From the IMG/VR virus record IMGVR_UViG_3300011402_000062, positions 1-26,319 of that record: a stretch of 26,319 nt of DNA; one strand, written 5' to 3'. Origin of the DNA: a virus. Lineage: Duplodnaviria; Caudoviricetes. Below the pieces are notes generated by a model. It searched no databases. It was given only the letters and a program-made list of their open reading frames with translations, and was not told where the DNA came from. The number at the start of each line of letters is the position of its first letter. Position 1 is the first letter of the stretch. Shown piece after piece: positions 22,301 through 26,319 of this stretch. Both the position numbers and the translations under genes were made by a program.

Positions 22301-25300
22301 CTGCCTCTACTTTACCTTCTTTAGCAAGTTGAATTGCCTTTCTAAAATTGCTAAGAGCACCTTCAACAATTCCTATATTTTCTGCTCGATATTTTGGGTC
22401 ACGACCTTGCTTAAATTCACCTTCTCTTACATGATGCTCTGAGTATGTCTTTGCATCATAATCATGCTCAATTTGCTCTCGTTCATTAGTTATTTTACGA
22501 GAGGCACGTTCCTGAGCGGCCGCCTTAGCAGCATCTTCTCTTTCCTTGAAGTAATCGGCAGGAGTTTTTTCTCTTGTAGCTCCCCATTCTCGACCTAATT
22601 TACCTGTATAGCCAAATCTTTTACCGATATCAGGAATAGAGAGAACGCTCTTAAGATGACGTAATTGCCTTGTTAGATAAATAGCATTTTCATAACTTGC
22701 TTCATACTTAGCTATATCTGCTGCATTTCCTCTATGTCTAGCATCTTTTAAGAGATTATCAAGTTTACTTTCAGCTGCTCCTGCTGCATTGAGTTCAGCA
22801 TCTAATTGAGAGTAATCATAATCTTCAAGAGGTGTTCCTATTCCACTATCCTTCTTATACGCCTCTGTAAAGGTAGGCTTATCAGAAGTAGATTTAAATT
22901 CAACAGGCTTCTCAACAGAAATCTGAGATTCTCGTCCAGATACCTTAGATTCTCTTTCATCAATAGCAGCTAAGAATCTACCCTTCCAAGTCTCTCCTGC
23001 TTTTAATGGGTCATTTCTGAGAATAGGAGGCATAGCTGCTCTAAATTCAGAGTCAGCAGCGCCTTCTAAATCATCTACTATTTCAGCCCATCTTCTAGCA
23101 GTTGCATCCTTTAATTGTGGACCATACTTCTCATAGAGGTCTTGAAGTCCCCCAAGGCCACTACCTAAAGTGGTTCCTCTGCTCTGTTTATGGGCATTTT
23201 CTTGATTTTCAATAAGACGCACAACCCGGCCGCGCCAAGTCTCTCCCGGCTTTAATCCTTCCTTCTTTGCAAAGGAAATAATCCTTCGATAAGCTTCATC
23301 AGGAGAGCCTAATTTATCATGCTTAGCTACCTGTTCAGCTAATGTTCTAGCTGTTGGGTCTTGGAAACTATCAGGAGAAGGAATATGTCCCCTACCCTTA
23401 GGTGGAGGAACATTGGCTTTTCTAGCAACAGTAGGAGGAGCAGGAACAGATGGTCTATCAACCATGCTCCTAGGCTCTACTGGATATTCCTCTGCTAAAG
23501 CAGCCTTCTTCTCATCAGACCTTACTTTCCTATCAGCTAATCTTTCCTTATATCGAGCAGCCCTTTGTTCAGGAGTTAAAAATGGCTCAAGTTGAGGAGC
23601 TACATGAGAAGTGCCTGTCTCATTATCCATTACTTGATAACGAGCAGCTCCAGCACCTAGATTCTCATTGATTCCTCTTGCATATATACGTGCTTCTGCA
23701 AGAGAAGGTCGGCCTGCTATCGGGCGGCCGGTTTCAACGTCGATAATATGGAATCGAGCTTTACTTAACTTATCAGCTAGTTTCTTTCCATATTCAGTCT
23801 CACGAAGCTTCTCATAGAAATCTTGGAGATTGAACATTCCTACATTAGTGCCCTTCTTATTAGCTTCTTCAGCGGCTAATGCAGCGTCAATTCTACCTTG
23901 AGCAGTAGTGGTACTAGCTCTTTCCTTCTTTTTAGCTTCTGCTGCTGCTTTTCTTTCTTCTCTTAATGCAGCGGCTTGAGCGTCTCTCTTTGCCTTATCA
24001 AGAATCCTAACCCTTTCAAGGTCTTTAAGTCCTCGTAATACTCCCTCGTCACCTTCAATATGAGGATATCTTGCAGCAGCTTTGGCTCTATCTACTGCTG
24101 AGATATTCTGAAGAATTGTCTCATTTTCAGCAGCTTCCTTAATGGCTCTTTCAGACCTAGAAACCTCTTCTTCTAGAATCTGCTTATCTAGTCTTTCAAG
24201 AATAGCAGTTCTAGCAGGAGAATCAGGTTGAGCTGCAATCTTATCTCTTAATGCAGCAGCTTCAACTGCGGTTCTTTGTCTTGGTGCTCTTTCTGGAGTT
24301 ACTTCTGGAACACTACCTTCCGGATATCTAACCGGAGTAGGAGCTGCTTCTGGTCTTTCTATAAGTCCTTCTGGTAACGGCCAATTATCACCAACAACAG
24401 TTTTACCAGCTCTCTGACCAGATGCTCTACGGAATACAGGTCTTCCTTCTTTATCAAGAACTGGTCTTGGTGGAACAGTATGTGGAGTTGCAGGTGTAGG
24501 AGTTGGAGGCGCACCTCTATCTGGAGGTAATATTCCTCCGGGTGTTGCCTCAAATACTCCGGGCCTTCTTCCTCTTGGAGTAGAATCAAACGGAGTAGGT
24601 CTCATTTCTCCAGATAAGAAATCTCCGGGACCAAAAGGTAACTCTGGTTGAATTCCGGGTAATTCAGAGAAATTGATAGTCTGAGGAGGCTGCCAATTAC
24701 GCTTTCTAACAGATGCCTCCATCTTGGTATTAAGAATTTCAGCATCAAGACTAGCAACTTTATCCCACTGTCCAGCTCTTGCAGCTTCTGACTTCTGCAT
24801 CTCAAATTCGTGAATTCTAGCTTGAGATTCAGCATCAATTCCTGCGTGTGCCCTAGCCTTCTGTTCTGGAATAGTTCCAGCATCTAGTGGAGTTCCAGTT
24901 CTTGGCTGTGACCAAGGATGTTCTTGGAAAGTTCTTGGAAGTGGAGAAGCTACTTCATCAAAAGGTAGAGGAACATCTGTAGGAGTTCTCGGACCTTCTG
25001 GAAGCATACGAGAAGGATTAGTTTCTACGGCGGCCGGGTCAATTCCCCGAACTCCACGAATTACAGGAGGCGGTTCTGCAAATGGTAATGGAGCTGGTCT
25101 AATTGGGCGTGCTCCAGCTTTACCAATTGCTCCTGCTGTTCTAATAGCTTTAGGAGCCAAAGCCATAGCAGTTGGAACAGTTAAATCTCCAGCTATAGCT
25201 CTAGCTCCACGCCAACTTGGGTCTTTTTGGAATCCCTTAACGTCGTAATCTAATGTATCGTAATCTCCACCCATGAATCCAGTAGCGAATCTACCGACAT

Positions 25301-25889
25301 TCTCTGCTAACCCACTGCTAAACTTAGCAAATTCAGGAATTAATGGTGTCCCTTCTGGAGACATCATTCTATCTGTACGAGCAAGTTCCTTAAATGGCTC
25401 TATTGCTCCTTGACCTATTTCTTGACGAGCTTTTATAATCTCAGGAGTATTACCCTGTGGAAATGCACCAGCAATAAAAATATTCTTAGCAAAATGTCCT
25501 AATCCCTCTAATCCGGGCTGAAGCCTAGAAAAGTATCCAGCATTAGGGTCTTCAACTTTAGGTTCCTCAGGTGGAGGAGCCGGCATTCTAGTTCTTTCTG
25601 ATTTAGGAATATCACTATAGTAAGTTTTTTCCATTTCTGGACCAAAAGTACCATAGCGAGTGCCTTCAGAACGTCTACCTTCTAAAGCTGCAACAGGCCC
25701 ACCAGCCTTAAAAGGCTCTCCTTTTTGAATATCAGAGGGGGTCTCTTTAGTATCTAATGTAGACAGATGAGAGATAATCTTCCTAAAATCCTCATCTGTA
25801 GGTTCAGCTTCATCATTAGTCCAGTCAACCTTGTATTCCTTACCAGTCTTAGGACTCTTGAGCGTATAAGTTCTTTTCTGTGGAGGCAT
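19299..25889 (-). CDS. Giant probable internal virion / DNA-ejection protein (2196 aa) with internal repeats
   Basis: Uninterrupted ORF on the opposite (late) strand. Pro-rich N-terminal part, charged helical middle, and a C-terminal region like phage large ejection proteins. No catalytic motif was recognised. Confidence 0.75.
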   Translation of the reverse strand: MPPQKRTYTLKSPKTGKEYKVDWTNDEAEPTDEDFRKIISHLSTLDTKETPSDIQKGEPFKAGGPVAALEGRRSEGTRYGTFGPEMEKTYYSDIPKSERTRMPAPPPEEPKVEDPNAGYFSRLQPGLEGLGHFAKNIFIAGAFPQGNTPEIIKARQEIGQGAIEPFKELARTDRMMSPEGTPLIPEFAKFSSGLAENVGRFATGFMGGDYDTLDYDVKGFQKDPSWRGARAIAGDLTVPTAMALAPKAIRTAGAIGKAGARPIRPAPLPFAEPPPVIRGVRGIDPAAVETNPSRMLPEGPRTPTDVPLPFDEVASPLPRTFQEHPWSQPRTGTPLDAGTIPEQKARAHAGIDAESQARIHEFEMQKSEAARAGQWDKVASLDAEILNTKMEASVRKRNWQPPQTINFSELPGIQPELPFGPGDFLSGEMRPTPFDSTPRGRRPGVFEATPGGILPPDRGAPPTPTPATPHTVPPRPVLDKEGRPVFRRASGQRAGKTVVGDNWPLPEGLIERPEAAPTPVRYPEGSVPEVTPERAPRQRTAVEAAALRDKIAAQPDSPARTAILERLDKQILEEEVSRSERAIKEAAENETILQNISAVDRAKAAARYPHIEGDEGVLRGLKDLERVRILDKAKRDAQAAALREERKAAAEAKKKERASTTTAQGRIDAALAAEEANKKGTNVGMFNLQDFYEKLRETEYGKKLADKLSKARFHIIDVETGRPIAGRPSLAEARIYARGINENLGAGAARYQVMDNETGTSHVAPQLEPFLTPEQRAARYKERLADRKVRSDEKKAALAEEYPVEPRSMVDRPSVPAPPTVARKANVPPPKGRGHIPSPDSFQDPTARTLAEQVAKHDKLGSPDEAYRRIISFAKKEGLKPGETWRGRVVRLIENQENAHKQSRGTTLGSGLGGLQDLYEKYGPQLKDATARRWAEIVDDLEGAADSEFRAAMPPILRNDPLKAGETWKGRFLAAIDERESKVSGRESQISVEKPVEFKSTSDKPTFTEAYKKDSGIGTPLEDYDYSQLDAELNAAGAAESKLDNLLKDARHRGNAADIAKYEASYENAIYLTRQLRHLKSVLSIPDIGKRFGYTGKLGREWGATREKTPADYFKEREDAAKAAAQERASRKITNEREQIEHDYDAKTYSEHHVREGEFKQGRDPKYRAENIGIVEGALSNFRKAIQLAKEGKVEAAWDTWNKANDAQGDLRNIVGSKSKIQDIFMELRKEAWDAAQKAEGRGTTIGGAFGSIQPFYEKIADKVSGSRVGKKVGEKTLEAIKKAARSGKALREEKRISKIPEENRGISYNVVDKRWNNRVTRQFDDKAAAQEHVDRLNKKWEDDMYDIKESVVDKTLPSGIGYADPENTVHFKKTQHHEVPDTMHEPTFGYEVHARGAAHFRMERGELTWGDFPTVEQFFKVGDEFPNAKQLYYGEELIVQKGKHGPEVIRKKDGYKGPQKKGTTIGSGFGGLQDFYEKLAKSEKGRKLLDELKKAAYHVIDDDGVPISGKNTLEEAEAKAAAYTKLRGGDAQFTVVPNVETAERVAPTRAPEVPVAEQFDLKPLEPILNRLGSKGKEIFNDLSKRFSAEKEAGKVVGEREVISKVPISEEYKKQPLGQFMQRLRDNMSAEALREIRIREWRADKLAEMHNVEATGEAGLLAKLNIMKGAAEAPPTFKPLKMSQTLIDQLIDLADKHYNTGPGRDENKAIRAGIAIRDLNAGKYIAPEPRNLLSNLFPEQYRKEIMNMYSGIPWEHIQQYGAELAPPIKGFVNKTLAQLTKWTWRSMDIAKATGDMSFAFNQGRGSMGHASFYKSRLKTLKAMFDQAEFDRQQKARYDSPWWSIITEDMGVHIGDLELLGLDQFRPGRRRKNNKVYGNPTLEKSPLVLPFHRGALALLNDIKFRNAEILAKAAIKRGDNLADPKVAKSIGAIVNEMAGHGSLTEGLVKAEETIRLGVWSPRLTAQKFNYGKLFMPSEWAKEKRFAQKQRARSLATWMVSSVALMEGLRQLGGKPTYDLAASNFGKVEFEDQIIDTTSGMGSAITLAYRLATGRVVDTKGKTHHLYSSEFGQSATELIGSFFENKASPKAAFIAKLVRQENPYTGKPYNIPAEAINSMLPMFAENFIDAVKDLGSSDPDFKRLLFLLPSFTGLNVYNKDRKRSTFGEDVMGLTGYDKKRKQTFREDILDFVKPVFSR

Positions 25890-25895
25890 TTGAAC

Positions 25896-26318
25896 CTACC
25901 TAACAACCCAATTATCGATAGTTTTACCACCAGCAGCAGAAGGTTTATTACCTTCGTTTCCCATCCCACTCTTATACGTCTCTCCAAGTTTTGCTCTTAG
26001 TTCTTCTTTAGCTTTTCTTACAGCAGGACTGTCTCCTGAGCCAAAATACTTTCCCGGTTCTTTATTAGGTTGAACAATAATACGATTAGTATTCTCATCT
26101 ACATAATAAACCTTATCAGTATCGTTATCGTCAATATCGTTAAGAGTGAGAATGTCAGCTGCATCATTGTAAGCCTTTTGATTTACATCTCCGGGCTTTA
26201 GCTGTCTTGCTGCTGCTGCAAGTTTTCCAGCGGCCGTCTTAGCTCTAACATCAGCCCCATAATTCCTAGATTGGGCACCAATATTAGCAATATCCTTTCT
26301 ATTTGTTCTCTCAGCAGC
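25896..26318 (-). CDS. C-terminal part of a probable virion/ejection protein (runs off the window)
   Basis: Open frame ...AAERTNRKDIANIGAQSRNYGADVRAK...KTIDNWVVR*, with the stop 6 nt before the giant gene's ATG. Confidence 0.75.
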   Translation of the reverse strand, partial: AAERTNRKDIANIGAQSRNYGADVRAKTAAGKLAAAARQLKPGDVNQKAYNDAADILTLNDIDDNDTDKVYYVDENTNRIIVQPNKEPGKYFGSGDSPAVRKAKEELRAKLGETYKSGMGNEGNKPSAAGGKTIDNWVVR

Positions 26319-26319
26319 A

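Noticed and set aside
19299-25889. Giant ORF as an N4- or crAss-type virion RNA polymerase
   Set aside because: No DxDGD/DFDID or T7-like polymerase motifs were recognised in the translation.
3208-26000. Numerous short alternative-frame or antisense ORFs in the track (for example 4476-4757, 7308-7604, 16084-16392, 20938-21321, 25754-26000)
   Set aside because: They are nested in well-supported genes, lack RBSs and show no motifs.
1-26319. Stop-codon reassignment
   Set aside because: Long genes are intact under the standard code, all three stops terminate genes with tight coupling, and there is no suppressor tRNA.

Overview
This window is part of an AT-rich (about 38-40% GC by sampling) tailed dsDNA phage genome. 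No integrase, CRISPR array or rRNA was seen. From 1 to about 19.3 kb the + strand carries early and replication genes: many tightly packed microproteins, a SNF2/HARP-like helicase, a free-standing LAGLIDADG endonuclease, a Cas4/RecB-like nuclease, a Sak4-like AAA ATPase, a DUF669-like SSB, an Acb2/Tad1-like protein, a nucleoside deoxyribosyltransferase-like protein, tRNA-Leu(TAA), a UDG-exonuclease-PolA fusion, a DUF3987 helicase and a cold-shock protein. A convergent - strand arm encodes a 2196-aa probable virion/ejection protein and the end of another gene. Four signals stand out. (1) The all-GC motif CGGCCG(C)(S) occurs 18 times, always inside genes, in all three frames and about every 1.5 kb, while GATC (1 site) and CCWGG (none found) are almost purged. 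(2) A ~65-nt three-way-junction plus pseudoknot RNA motif is present twice with a sequence-swapped helix: once in a ~450-nt array of structured RNA elements upstream of the Acb2/Tad1-like gene, and once 8 nt upstream of the tRNA. (3) Two unannotated hyper-acidic microproteins are candidate DNA mimics. (4) The giant protein is divided into modules by a repeated GTTxGSGxGGLQDFYEK motif. All calls were made by eye and no database search was run.
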